Shown: positions 54,680 through 64,000 of the stretch, one piece after another
Position numbering within the stretch: the stretch's first letter is position 1
Layout of the letters: the number at the start of each line of letters is the position of its first letter
DNA from: Porphyridium purpureum
Taxonomy: Eukaryota
Length of the DNA: 64,000 nucleotides
NCBI GenBank assembly: GCA_008690995.1
Contig: VRMN01000008.1
Location: forward strand, 620,001 to 684,000
Direction: 5' to 3'
The notes under the pieces: model-generated
What the model was told of the DNA's origin: nothing
Seen by the model: the letters and a program-made list of their open reading frames with translations, nothing else
The model's database searches: none
Program-made: the position numbers and the translations under genes

Positions 54680-56065
54680 ATGGCATTCACTTGTACGCCG
54701 GCTGAGGCGGTTTGGGCCGGGCCTCGGAACGGCGCGCTTCGGATATGCGCGCGGCGAGTGGGTTCGAGCGGCGCTGTGGGGCGTCCGCGCGCGCACCGCA
54801 CGTGCATGTGGTTCGGTATCTTTGAGGATCCGCCCAAGCTGGATATGGACGCGCCGGCCATTGATGTGGCGAGTGTGTCCAAGACGTATGTAAAGTTTGT
54901 TGCCGCACGGCCGCAGCGCATGGTAAAGGAAGGAGGAGAGGGTGACACGTACGGTACGGATCAGGAGACAGACGAAGAGATGGGCAAGGACGGATGCACG
55001 GTCATTGCGTCGCCGTCGTACGTGCAAGGCGGACCGGTCAAGGCCGGCGGGCGGAATGTGCCGAACATTAAAAAGAGCAAAAAGCAAAAGCTGCAAGTGG
55101 TCGCGCTTGATCGCGTCAATTTTGCAGTGCCCAAAGGCTCGATTGTGGCGCTGCTGGGCCCCAACGCGTCCGGCAAGACCACGCTGATGCGCTGCCTCAC
55201 GGGACTTGAGCGTCCAGACTCTGGCGCTGTGCATATGTTTGGTGTCGATGTTCGTAGATACCCGAGATACGCGCGCATGCTGTTTGGGTTCGTGGCGCAG
55301 GACGCCGGACTCGACAAGGTTTTGACTGGGCGTGAACATCTCGACCTTTTTGCGCGCTTGGCGCACCTGGATCGCGAGACGCGCGAACAGAACATTGAAG
55401 AGGCGATCGAGATCCTCAAGTTGGAGAACTTCATTGACAATTTGACCGCAACCTACTCAGGAGGTGTGAAGAAACGGCTGGACATTGCACTGGCTTTGCT
55501 TCCGCAGCCCCCGATACTGATCCTGGATGAACCCAGCGCGGCGCTTGATGTGGACAGCCGGGCCATTGTGTGGGACGTGCTACGGGCGTACAGGGATAAT
55601 GGCGGCACAGTATTAATAAGCACGCACTATTTGGAGGAGGCTGACCTCTTGTCGGATCGTGTGGTGATCATGGACAAGGGCATGCTCATAAGCGAAGGGA
55701 GCGCGAAAGAGCTCAAAAGCAAAATTGGCGGACGGCGGATGACAATACGACTGAACGAGTTCTCTGAGGCAGTTGAAGCGACGCGTGTGCTCAATGAGCT
55801 ACAAGATCGCAATTTGTTGCAACATGGCGTGATTAACGCAAGCTTGGGCAATGCGCTTGAGCTGACTCTGCAAGAGAAAGATGAAAAGAACGTTTTTTCG
55901 GCATTGCGAGGCGCAGGGTACGACTCGGTTTTTGGATATGCGAGCAGTCAACCGAGTTTAGGCGACGTCTACCTAGCGGCGACCGGCAACACTATTGAGA
56001 ATGCCGATTTGCGCGCGCGAGAAAGGAGGGACATCAAGCAAATGCGCAAGGAGTCTATGAAATAA
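54680..56065 (+). CDS. Stand-alone bacterial-type (DrrA/NodI-like) ABC ATP-binding subunit with transit peptide
   Basis: Walker A GPNASGKT, signature YSGG, Walker B ILILDEP, H-loop STHYLEEA, LTGREHL; no TM domain. Confidence 0.92.
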   Translation: MAFTCTPAEAVWAGPRNGALRICARRVGSSGAVGRPRAHRTCMWFGIFEDPPKLDMDAPAIDVASVSKTYVKFVAARPQRMVKEGGEGDTYGTDQETDEEMGKDGCTVIASPSYVQGGPVKAGGRNVPNIKKSKKQKLQVVALDRVNFAVPKGSIVALLGPNASGKTTLMRCLTGLERPDSGAVHMFGVDVRRYPRYARMLFGFVAQDAGLDKVLTGREHLDLFARLAHLDRETREQNIEEAIEILKLENFIDNLTATYSGGVKKRLDIALALLPQPPILILDEPSAALDVDSRAIVWDVLRAYRDNGGTVLISTHYLEEADLLSDRVVIMDKGMLISEGSAKELKSKIGGRRMTIRLNEFSEAVEATRVLNELQDRNLLQHGVINASLGNALELTLQEKDEKNVFSALRGAGYDSVFGYASSQPSLGDVYLAATGNTIENADLRARERRDIKQMRKESMK

Positions 56066-56316
56066 TAGCGTACGAAAGGTCATCTGAGTGCCAAGAGGCT
56101 CCCTACTGACTCGGTCTGAGAAAGCAGAAAGAAAAGAAAGAAAAAAAACGAAGAAAGCGAGAAAAAAACAAACGAATTGGCGTTCAAGTGAAAATGCTAT
56201 TGTAGACGAAATCTCACGCCTATTAATCTACTCGTACCCGCACAGAAGCGGCCCGTATATTCTGAACGAGTTTGTGTCTGCCACGGTCGACAGCCTGCTG
56301 CTTAAAAAACGGCGAC

Positions 56317-56760
56317 TCATGTTAACTTGGCGCGAATGTCAGAAATCGGGATGATCGTATACTGCACATTATCGACCTTGACCTGCTCTATGGTATAAGA
56401 ATCATACAGCACCACGTCGCCCACCTCGATCCCGAATGTCATGTGCGAGCCGTCACCGATGAACTTGCCGGCTCCGATCGACACCACCTCGCCAAACTTC
56501 TCGAGGTTCTGCGCATTTTCGCTCAGCACCAGCCCGGACGAAGACTGTGTTTCCGCAACAAGCTTCTTCAGCACCACTTTATCCTGCGTGGCCTGTGGTG
56601 CCGTCATATGTACAGCGCTGCGCGAGCGCAGCACCGGCGACGAACGCCACGCACTACGGTTATGCGGGCATACCGCCGCCGAACCCAAACGCTCCGCACA
56701 CGGCGTGCTGCGCGTCACCGCGTGCGGCGCAAACGCAGCAGAACTATTCCATCCGGCCAT
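56317..56760 (-). CDS. CPN10: Plastid co-chaperonin Cpn10 (GroES)
   Basis: DKVVLK...SSGLVL...GEVVSIGAG...VGDVVLY...DIRAK after a transit peptide. Confidence 0.92.
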   Translation of the reverse strand: MAGWNSSAAFAPHAVTRSTPCAERLGSAAVCPHNRSAWRSSPVLRSRSAVHMTAPQATQDKVVLKKLVAETQSSSGLVLSENAQNLEKFGEVVSIGAGKFIGDGSHMTFGIEVGDVVLYDSYTIEQVKVDNVQYTIIPISDIRAKLT

Positions 56761-56929
56761 GACTCGGTGCTCCTACCTGTCTACAAGCGCTTTACCCCTT
56801 CGACCTCGACAATCTCAGCGACTGACCGTGGCTCAATGAGGAAAACGCGTGCGGCGACGAGACTCACAAAACCAAGACCGGCATCTGGAAAGTTCGTGTG
56901 CGTGTGAATGGGTGTTTACAGAGTATACA

Positions 56930-57943
56930 TTACCAGAGTTGAAGGCTGTGGGTGAGGAGGAGAAAGTTAGTCAGATCCATGGTATCGTCCTTGCTACTTT
57001 GCTCGATAACCCGTATCATCTCCTGCGCCTCCTCCTCGGTGAGCGACATGTTGACGCGCTCCGCGGCGCGTACCAGCTTGGTCGCGTCCAAAAAGCCCTC
57101 TGAGCCCGTGTCAATCATTTCAAATACTTGTCTCATGCGCTCGCGCGCCAATTTCTGTTCCATTTGGAGCGTCATGAGGGTCAGGAATTCTTCGAAATCC
57201 ACGACACCGTCGCCGTCCAGGTCTGCTTGTCCTATAATTCGCCGCAGCTGCGCCTTGCTGGGGTCCAGCCCGAGCGAACGCATCGCAAACTGCAGCTCCT
57301 TCACCGAAATGGAACCGCCTCCGTCTCTGTCGAACAGCCGAAAGGCCTCGCCGATTTCTTCGCGCTGCTTCTCGGTCAGCTTAACTGGCCGATTTCGCGA
57401 CGACCTTGCCGACTCGGATTTACCTGTCACTGCCTGGCTTGCGTGCCTGGAGGGCGGTAACAAATGGCCAGTATCTTCAAAGCCTAATTGTTCCTGGGAT
57501 AGCGCGATGGATGGCAAGTGGGATGGGCCTACATCCCCCTTGGAATCGGTCTCAGTGCCTACCACGACAACTTCCTTTAACGCTGCATTAGGACTGCCGA
57601 CGTTTTCGTCTAGTTCCACACCAGCAGTGGGTGAACGGAGCCTGCCCATTTTCTTCTGGTCACGTGCTTCACGACCGCCACCGCCACCGCCGCCGCCGTC
57701 CGCGGACGTGCCCTCTGCGGCGTCGGCCTCAAGCGCGGCCACTGCAGCGGAATCATTATTCAGCACGGCATCACGTGCACGCGAAGCGTGCGACGAATAG
57801 CCGACGGCACCAAACCTGAGCCTCTCCAGAAAGTTCCCGCCCTTTTCCACCACGCCGCCACGCTTTTTGCCGGAGGCCTCGCTCCAACCCAGGGTGCCGC
57901 GTTCGAGCTCGCTTTGCGCCGCATCCTCGTTTTGCCCGTCCAT
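56930..57943 (-). CDS. Centrin/calmodulin-like EF-hand protein with long N-terminal extension
   Basis: LTEKQREEIGEAFRLFDRDGGGSISVKELQFAMRSLG...DLDGDGVVDFEEFLTLMT; LTEEEAQEMI. Confidence 0.88.
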   Translation of the reverse strand: MDGQNEDAAQSELERGTLGWSEASGKKRGGVVEKGGNFLERLRFGAVGYSSHASRARDAVLNNDSAAVAALEADAAEGTSADGGGGGGGGREARDQKKMGRLRSPTAGVELDENVGSPNAALKEVVVVGTETDSKGDVGPSHLPSIALSQEQLGFEDTGHLLPPSRHASQAVTGKSESARSSRNRPVKLTEKQREEIGEAFRLFDRDGGGSISVKELQFAMRSLGLDPSKAQLRRIIGQADLDGDGVVDFEEFLTLMTLQMEQKLARERMRQVFEMIDTGSEGFLDATKLVRAAERVNMSLTEEEAQEMIRVIEQSSKDDTMDLTNFLLLTHSLQLW

Positions 57944-58561
57944 CACGCCGATGTCATTCCGAGGCCACGAGCAGTGTCGCTCAAGATCAGTGACTGCGCT
58001 TCACGCTCAATGTCCTCTCGTGTCAATCACCAAGAAACAAAGATTCGACACCACATCCAGGAGAGAAGACAGAGAAAACCCGACGGAATAAGATTCTACG
58101 AACAGCGCGTGCTGTCGGAATCGCACGGTACAAAATCTCACGCGTCCGGGACACGCCCGAACGGAGTATGCCGCTCAGTGTCGTACTTGCTGGCCTTTTC
58201 TGCGATCCCGCGGATCACATGGCGTGCAAACACCGTTGCGATCGCGTGGCGACGCACGGAACGTCTCGGCGTTGGTCTTGACGCGGCAGAAGCCGTGCGC
58301 GCTTGTGCCCGCCCGCGCTGGATCTCCAGCAGCGGAAAAGTCAGTAATGCCGTCGCAGGGGGAGGTTTCGTGAGCCGAGCTGGTGCTTGACGAGGCACTT
58401 GGCATGCACCTTTGGAGAACAGCTGGCTCACGCCGCGCACCAACCAGTTCCTGGTCAGCCCGTAGGAGCTTGCGTTTAGTACGGGCGGAGGAAGTTCCGC
58501 GACGATGGCCGCGCCTGGTAACGTGCGCTAGCGCGCAGTCGATGGCAGCGGTAGCGAATAT

Positions 58562-59245
58562 GTGATGTCTGCAGCGGTGCTGTTTCAGGAGTCGAATCCA
58601 GATACCTGCGACCGTCGCGTCCTGATCAAGGGGATTCGGGACTTGGGAATGCGAGTGTGGCATGATCTCGCACTGTTCATGCAAATGATCATTCGGAGCT
58701 CTCTGCAGCTGGAGGCCTGCCCCTGTACGTTCCGTATGTGCGAGGGACCCTCACAGCAGAAATTCGCGCGCGAAGTGAGGCTTGATCAGAGGAATTGCGT
58801 GTACGCGTCTGGCTGGTGCATCTGGGACCGTAGAACATCTACGAAGACCTGAATGTTTTTATGCTTGTACGCTCCGCAAATGCGCAGGGAGCCGAATGCT
58901 TTGCTCCGCTTCGATGCCGTCATGCGGTGGAGAAGGACTGACGTTCAATATTGATGCAGCGTCGAGGTGACCAACTTTTGCCTGTGACCACAACATGCCT
59001 TCCAAGCCTGTGCGTCAGATAAAAGGGCAGGCCCACCATCGCTTTCAGACGCGGCTTGCGCTCATGGTGGGCTGGTACGGCTTGAAGCTGGGGCTCGTCA
59101 ATAATGCGCGCGTGCAAAAGACTTACAGCGCCTACGGGACCGCCAAGGCTAACCTAACCGGCGCCAATTTCTCTCGGCATGGCTGCGTGGCCTGCGGTGC
59201 TACTGCCATTAAACGGGACGCCATCGGCGCAAAAAAACACTTCGG
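58562..59245 (+). pseudogene. Decayed TnpB/Fanzor-like RuvC nuclease fragment
   Basis: VRLDQRNCVYASGW (RuvC-I register, Asp at 58784); AHHRFQTRL; VNNARVQKTYSAYG (cf. VNEAYTSKTCSxCG); CVACG; KRDAIGAK (cf. DRDxNGARN); split over two frames. Confidence 0.75.
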
Positions 59246-59606
59246 AACGGAATTTCCGAGAGCTCCGCACCCCGGTATAGCCATGGGAACAACTGGCTGC
59301 GCATTCGGGGCGATTGTGAAAACTCCACACATTCCACATGTGAGATGCCTCTGAGCACTCGGAAGAGGGGAGCTGTTGGACGAGGGAAAACTAGCCATGT
59401 GTTTACGCAAGGTCTTTCCGCCCTTTGAATCCCATATTGAATACAGGTTTTGAGGGTCTTGAGGTTTTTGCAGGGAGGAATGCGTGACAAATTACCGCGA
59501 CCATCCCGTGGCTTCTATAATACAGCAACATTTCCACGCCCTCCCCCCTTGAGTTGGCCTTACCTCAGTCAAGTCGTCGTGTGAGGCCCCACGTTGATAG
59601 ATCGCC

Positions 59607-62600
59607 TTACGACTTGTACTTCGACATGATATTGTCTTCGTCCACGGACGTCTCGCTGCTCGACTCGCTTTCTGATTCGACGCTCTTGTCCTTCTTACTC
59701 TCTCTGTTTTTCTTTTCATGGGCTTTCCTACTTTTCTCTCGGTTCTTACCGTCATGCTCATTGTCTGCCTCCGATTCCTGACCTGAAGAATCAGCCCGAC
59801 TGTGCCTGGTCACAATATTCTCCTCCTTTGTAGAGGTCTCGCTGCCTGTATCACTTTTTGACTCGGCGCTCGTATTCATTTGGCTCTTTTTGTTCTTCTT
59901 TTCAGCAGCTTTCTTACTCTTCTTTCGGCCCTTGCCACCATGGTCTTTGTCTCGCTCGGCTTCTGATTCTGAAGAATCGGCTCGACTGTATTTGTCCATG
60001 ACCTTCTCCTCATGGGCAGGGGTCTCACTGTCCGAAGCGCTCTCGGCGCTCGTTGAAGTAACAGTGGCAGCTCGTTTATGTGGACTTCTCTTTCTGTCGA
60101 TACTCTCCGCATGCTCATCCCCACTTGACGACTTTGCTGAGGAAGATGCTTGACTTACGGGCTCACTTGAACGCGACGTTCCCCCGGTCCCCTTTTCCTT
60201 CATTCTTATATCTTTGCTCGACGCTTTATGCTCCTGCTCTAGAACAGAAGCTGACGATTCTGCTCTTCTCTCCTGCTCCTTGATGTCTTCAAATGTGATC
60301 CCTGGTCCGTCAAACTCATGAAGCAAAGAAGAATCTGGTGATGCCCGAGACTCAAGCTCCGCGGGTGCGGATGTTGCAGAACTATCCCCACGCCCTTTCG
60401 CGAGTGCGAGCGCTGGCGTAAAAAGATCGCGAACTCGAAATGCTTTGTGCTCATGGTCTTCGCTACCGGGCTTTGACACATCCTGATCTCGCCCGGAAAA
60501 CGATCCGCTTTGAAGCTGCCCCTCACTATGGCGACCTTCTTCCTGCCTTGACACGCTACCGTTTTGCGATTTCTCTCCGTCGCCTCTGCTTCCCTCTCGG
60601 GTATTCTTCAAAGCCACAGCCGGTTCAATCTCTTGCTCTTTGGCTTCGTCCTCGGCCGCAACACCCGCCACATCCTTTTGAGCGCAATCACGACCGGCTT
60701 CAAATTCCTTACTTTTGGCTGCGCCTGACTCCAAAGGATCTGCACCTCGAAGTCTTTCACTTTGACTTCCCTTCTCATCTGTCATGCTTCCTTGCGAGAC
60801 TGCATCATCACATTTTTTCTTACTTTGGCCCTCTTCAGATTCATCCTCGCTTCTGGTCGCATCCTGATCTTCCTTCCGCTGCTGTATATCTTCGAATGTC
60901 GTGGCAGGCCCTTCTGCCTGTTCCTCTTTTTCCTGCTCGCATACTTGTGCAGGTACATCCCCTCCCGAGCGACCGCTTCCTGCAGTAGAGTTCGGGCTTT
61001 GCGTGTCATTCCCATCAAAGTTAGTCTGAGGGTCCTCTTTCACATCACGTGGTGAGTCACCATTGTTGGAAAAGTGATGGTGACTCATCCCACTGTAGCT
61101 TCGGACGATCTGTGTTTTCCCAGAGTGAATCAAAAAGAAAGCATGCTCTGTGGCGTACGTAATTGCTTCAAACTCGGCAGAGTTCTCGCCATGCATCCGC
61201 TTGGCCTCGTTCAGAACGAGACCCAGATGATATTCAATGCGGCGAATGCGTGACGAAAGCCGCATTTTCTTGGCCCCGTGAACAAGTGCGACTTCCTGAT
61301 TGACACGTCGTCCGACGGCACCAAGCATGTACTGGAGTCGTCTCGATACGTACACATCACGTATGCCATAACTCCGTAGTGGATGCGCGACGCTGTCCAG
61401 CAGATTATTGAAAGACGGGCGCGGAATCGCAACAAGGACTCGGAATCCGTCTTGTGGTGCGCGAATGATCCTTGGATCACATCGCCGGGCCGCAATCTCA
61501 GAGAAAAGCCTCTCGTGCCGGTCCAAAGCTTCCGACGCCGTCGTGGGATCACTGATGCCTGATTTCAGCGCCTTTAGGGCCACGTCCGTGATTTGATGTA
61601 GACCAAATTCTACGTCCTGTAGAATAGAGCGATTCGAACCATACTGAAAGCATGCGCGCACGTCCTTCTCCAGCTGCCTGCGATAAGATACACCGAGTGA
61701 CTCCGTGCTTCTGTCAGGAAACCACAACCAAGCCATCAGGGTACCAAATGTTATGTACTCTCCGATGCGTGGTCGTAATCTGACCACGAAGCCCGACGCG
61801 TCTGCCATGCGTGTCAAATACAATTCGCTCACACTTCTCAAATAGCCGCTCTTCTCTGACACGATCTGAAGCGCCCCTGGCGGCACCACGGGGAGCCCGA
61901 TGATTTCGTCCAGTTGGTACGAACCTTGCTTCTCGGATCTTTCAAGATCCTGCTCGAACATGGTCAACTTGTTGAGCGGGTCGTGAATCTGGGGAATCGT
62001 GGCAAGCGTATCGCTGGCCACATTATCCATCAGGACCGAAACGTTCATACTCGTCACGACGTAGTGCAAATAGTATACCAAACCGAGAACAACGGCAACC
62101 ACATGGATCACCATCACATTCACGGCCACAGACGGCACGAAGGGCATTTCGGCATCAGTTTGCGTGCACATGACGCCCGCAAAGGAATACGCGAAAGTGC
62201 CCAAGAAAATGCACAGCACAATTTTAGTGGGTCGCCGGCTCATCAAACCTGTGAGTAATCGCGCGGAGTACGTCACACCGGCCACTTGAAATGCAACAAT
62301 GCACAACGAAAAGACGGTTCCTGTGAGGCCAATGATAAATCCTCCGACGTACGTAAAGATGGAGAGCGCAGCCTCCGGTGTTCCATTGAACCACCATTTG
62401 TACCCATCGCCTGTTTGGATATTACCCTCTCCAACGGACGCGATGAGCGCGCCTGCAATAAAATTGACTGTCATTGAGATGATTGGTAGCGTCCACAGCG
62501 AAGTCTGAAAATACTCCGATGCGCGAATCAACCGCAACGAAACGCGCGCACGCCCCACACTCGCCCGTCGCTGCTTCGTAGAAGCCTTGTCCGTATCAAT

Positions 62601-62783
62601 GCGGTCTCGGCGCTGTGCCTGTGCCGAGGCATTCAGCTGCGCATACGAGCCCAGTTCGGACTCAACCTCTCCCTCCGTCAGCGCAGCATTCAAGGGGTTC
62701 ACAGTCCCATACAGCTCGGCGCGAAATCCTGCCTGCCACGTTTCCGTCTTGGCCAGCGTTCGCTTCACGCTTTCGTTCTCCAT
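59607..62783 (-). CDS. DUF2254-family multi-pass membrane protein with long charged disordered C-terminal tail
   Basis: TGTVFSLCIVAFQVA..TYSARLL, FLGTFAYS, SGYLRSV, RSILQDVEFGLHQITDVALKALKSGISDPTTA match the DUF2254 pattern. Confidence 0.88.
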   Translation of the reverse strand: MENESVKRTLAKTETWQAGFRAELYGTVNPLNAALTEGEVESELGSYAQLNASAQAQRRDRIDTDKASTKQRRASVGRARVSLRLIRASEYFQTSLWTLPIISMTVNFIAGALIASVGEGNIQTGDGYKWWFNGTPEAALSIFTYVGGFIIGLTGTVFSLCIVAFQVAGVTYSARLLTGLMSRRPTKIVLCIFLGTFAYSFAGVMCTQTDAEMPFVPSVAVNVMVIHVVAVVLGLVYYLHYVVTSMNVSVLMDNVASDTLATIPQIHDPLNKLTMFEQDLERSEKQGSYQLDEIIGLPVVPPGALQIVSEKSGYLRSVSELYLTRMADASGFVVRLRPRIGEYITFGTLMAWLWFPDRSTESLGVSYRRQLEKDVRACFQYGSNRSILQDVEFGLHQITDVALKALKSGISDPTTASEALDRHERLFSEIAARRCDPRIIRAPQDGFRVLVAIPRPSFNNLLDSVAHPLRSYGIRDVYVSRRLQYMLGAVGRRVNQEVALVHGAKKMRLSSRIRRIEYHLGLVLNEAKRMHGENSAEFEAITYATEHAFFLIHSGKTQIVRSYSGMSHHHFSNNGDSPRDVKEDPQTNFDGNDTQSPNSTAGSGRSGGDVPAQVCEQEKEEQAEGPATTFEDIQQRKEDQDATRSEDESEEGQSKKKCDDAVSQGSMTDEKGSQSERLRGADPLESGAAKSKEFEAGRDCAQKDVAGVAAEDEAKEQEIEPAVALKNTREGSRGDGEKSQNGSVSRQEEGRHSEGQLQSGSFSGRDQDVSKPGSEDHEHKAFRVRDLFTPALALAKGRGDSSATSAPAELESRASPDSSLLHEFDGPGITFEDIKEQERRAESSASVLEQEHKASSKDIRMKEKGTGGTSRSSEPVSQASSSAKSSSGDEHAESIDRKRSPHKRAATVTSTSAESASDSETPAHEEKVMDKYSRADSSESEAERDKDHGGKGRKKSKKAAEKKNKKSQMNTSAESKSDTGSETSTKEENIVTRHSRADSSGQESEADNEHDGKNREKSRKAHEKKNRESKKDKSVESESESSSETSVDEDNIMSKYKS

Positions 62784-63629
62784 CCCGCGCGCCGCTGTCG
62801 AGCGACAGAACGCGCCGACCGCGAACCGACCTCTACGTCGGTACCCGGAGGCCGTCCTCGCGCGGCGTGCGAGCACACGACGCTTCTAGCTCTGATGCCG
62901 GATTCATAATCGATACCTGCGTTGGTCACAGAAACTTCGATTTCGATCACTCACTGGTCCGTCCGCTTTGTCTGGTGGTGGAAATATCGGTATTTTCTAT
63001 TAAAACAGGCCGTTTACAAGTGAAGCATTTTTGAGGTGGTTTCTGCTGCGAACGGCCGCAGTTTGCGGGTGGCCAAGATGTCTGCAACGGGTTGGTAGAG
63101 AATGGAAGTCGTGGATGAGTGAGGAGTCTAGACAAAGCAAACAGGTTGTTGCTGAGCACCTGCACAATGACTGGCTCGCGCCCATCCTTCGGTTTCTCAC
63201 CGTCATTTTATTTATTCCTTCTGGTATTGGAGTTGGACTAAACCCCAGAGAGATGGCTCCAGAATTAACTTGCACAACATTATCGATGCTTTGCCAAGCT
63301 TCTCTCAGGCTAAAAGAGGAATTGGGCAAAGTGGCAACGAGCTACGCGGCCTCTACTTACTGACTGCCGAGTGCAGTCACACTAGTGCAGCGGGAACTGG
63401 CCGACACAGGTCGGCTCGGACCGTGCACCCGCATGACGTGGCTGGCGTCTCCCGAAATCAGCACAACCAGACCGAAGGACGCCTCCTTCCCGTCTTCACG
63501 ACACCTGGCGAAGCCATCGCATGGTCCACGAAAGTGCACCGTTTGGCAAGACGCCTTGCGGAGTCTGAATAATTCCCGCGCAGCCCACACATTTCACGTG
63601 CCGCAGCAGGCGAACAAAGGAGCGGAGCG

Positions 63630-64000
63630 ATGAATCCTGCCCGCCCCGGCGCCGAATCCGGCCCCGAAGGCGTGCAGGTGGCGCGCGCTGCGTACAATGT
63701 CAAGGCGGTGGCTATGAAGCCGCGGGAGTCGCAATCACGGCATGCGGCGGCCAAGCGCGACACGGCATTTGTGTCGCAAGCGTCGTTGCTTGCAGAGGAG
63801 AACAAGTCTGGGCTCGTCACCCGTCAGGAGGTCCGCGAGGTCAAGATTGTCATTGAGCAGGCGCTTGTTCAGGTGATCAGGCCGCATGTCGAGCAAGTGT
63901 GTGCTTTTTTGTCGTCGCCAACGGGTGGCCGCGAACATCGACTGGGTCGCGACGAGCTCGCGATTTCATGGGGCGACGATTCAGATACCTTGTCATTGCC
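63630..64000 (+). CDS. Hypothetical protein, 5' part, runs off the window end
   Basis: ATG at 63630 opens a frame (MNPARPGAESG...EVREVKIVIEQALVQVIRPHVEQV...) with no stop before 64000. Confidence 0.55.
   Translation, partial: MNPARPGAESGPEGVQVARAAYNVKAVAMKPRESQSRHAAAKRDTAFVSQASLLAEENKSGLVTRQEVREVKIVIEQALVQVIRPHVEQVCAFLSSPTGGREHRLGRDELAISWGDDSDTLSL

Noticed and set aside
58200..58560. Further N-terminal Fanzor remnants (ARPRWISS, LENSWLTP)
   Set aside because: The resemblance is too weak to support by eye, so it was left out of the pseudogene call.
28701..59245. Tc3-like element and Fanzor-like relic as one composite element
   Set aside because: They are about 28 kb apart with many host genes between; no matching TIR core seen near the Fanzor-like relic.
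63031..63363. 110-aa ORF with one hydrophobic stretch
   Set aside because: Non-ATG start in the track and no recognisable motif; insufficient support.

Overview
Gene-dense, GC-rich, almost intron-free eukaryotic nuclear DNA. It is most consistent with a unicellular red alga of the Porphyridium type. This is an inference from plastid transit peptides on Tic22, Cpn10, a PP2C and an FNR-like protein, together with Pet127 and a non-Hedgehog Hint protein; the species cannot be confirmed here. About 30 protein-coding genes are recognisable, including a 3,856-codon uninterrupted BEACH/WD40 ORF, Tic22, rhomboid, bZIP, PTC7-type PP2C, SET methyltransferase, an extended NDUFA6, Pet127, PHF5A, SAGA Ada1, F-box, ABC ATPase, Cpn10, a centrin-like protein and a bacterial-type DUF2254 membrane protein. 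Four things are not evident from the ORF track. (1) A decayed TnpB/Fanzor-like RNA-guided nuclease relic lies at about 58.56-59.25 kb, followed by hairpin-rich sequence that could be its omegaRNA. (2) A TA-flanked Tc3-like transposon with paired inner and outer terminal repeats spans 28701-30142. (3) A three-exon KEOPS Pcc1 gene can be rebuilt by splicing. (4) A recurring family of 8-bp tandem repeats sits just upstream of genes. A secreted Hint-domain autoprocessing protein with an unrecognised N-terminal cargo is also notable. All family assignments come from motif recognition by eye; no searches were run.
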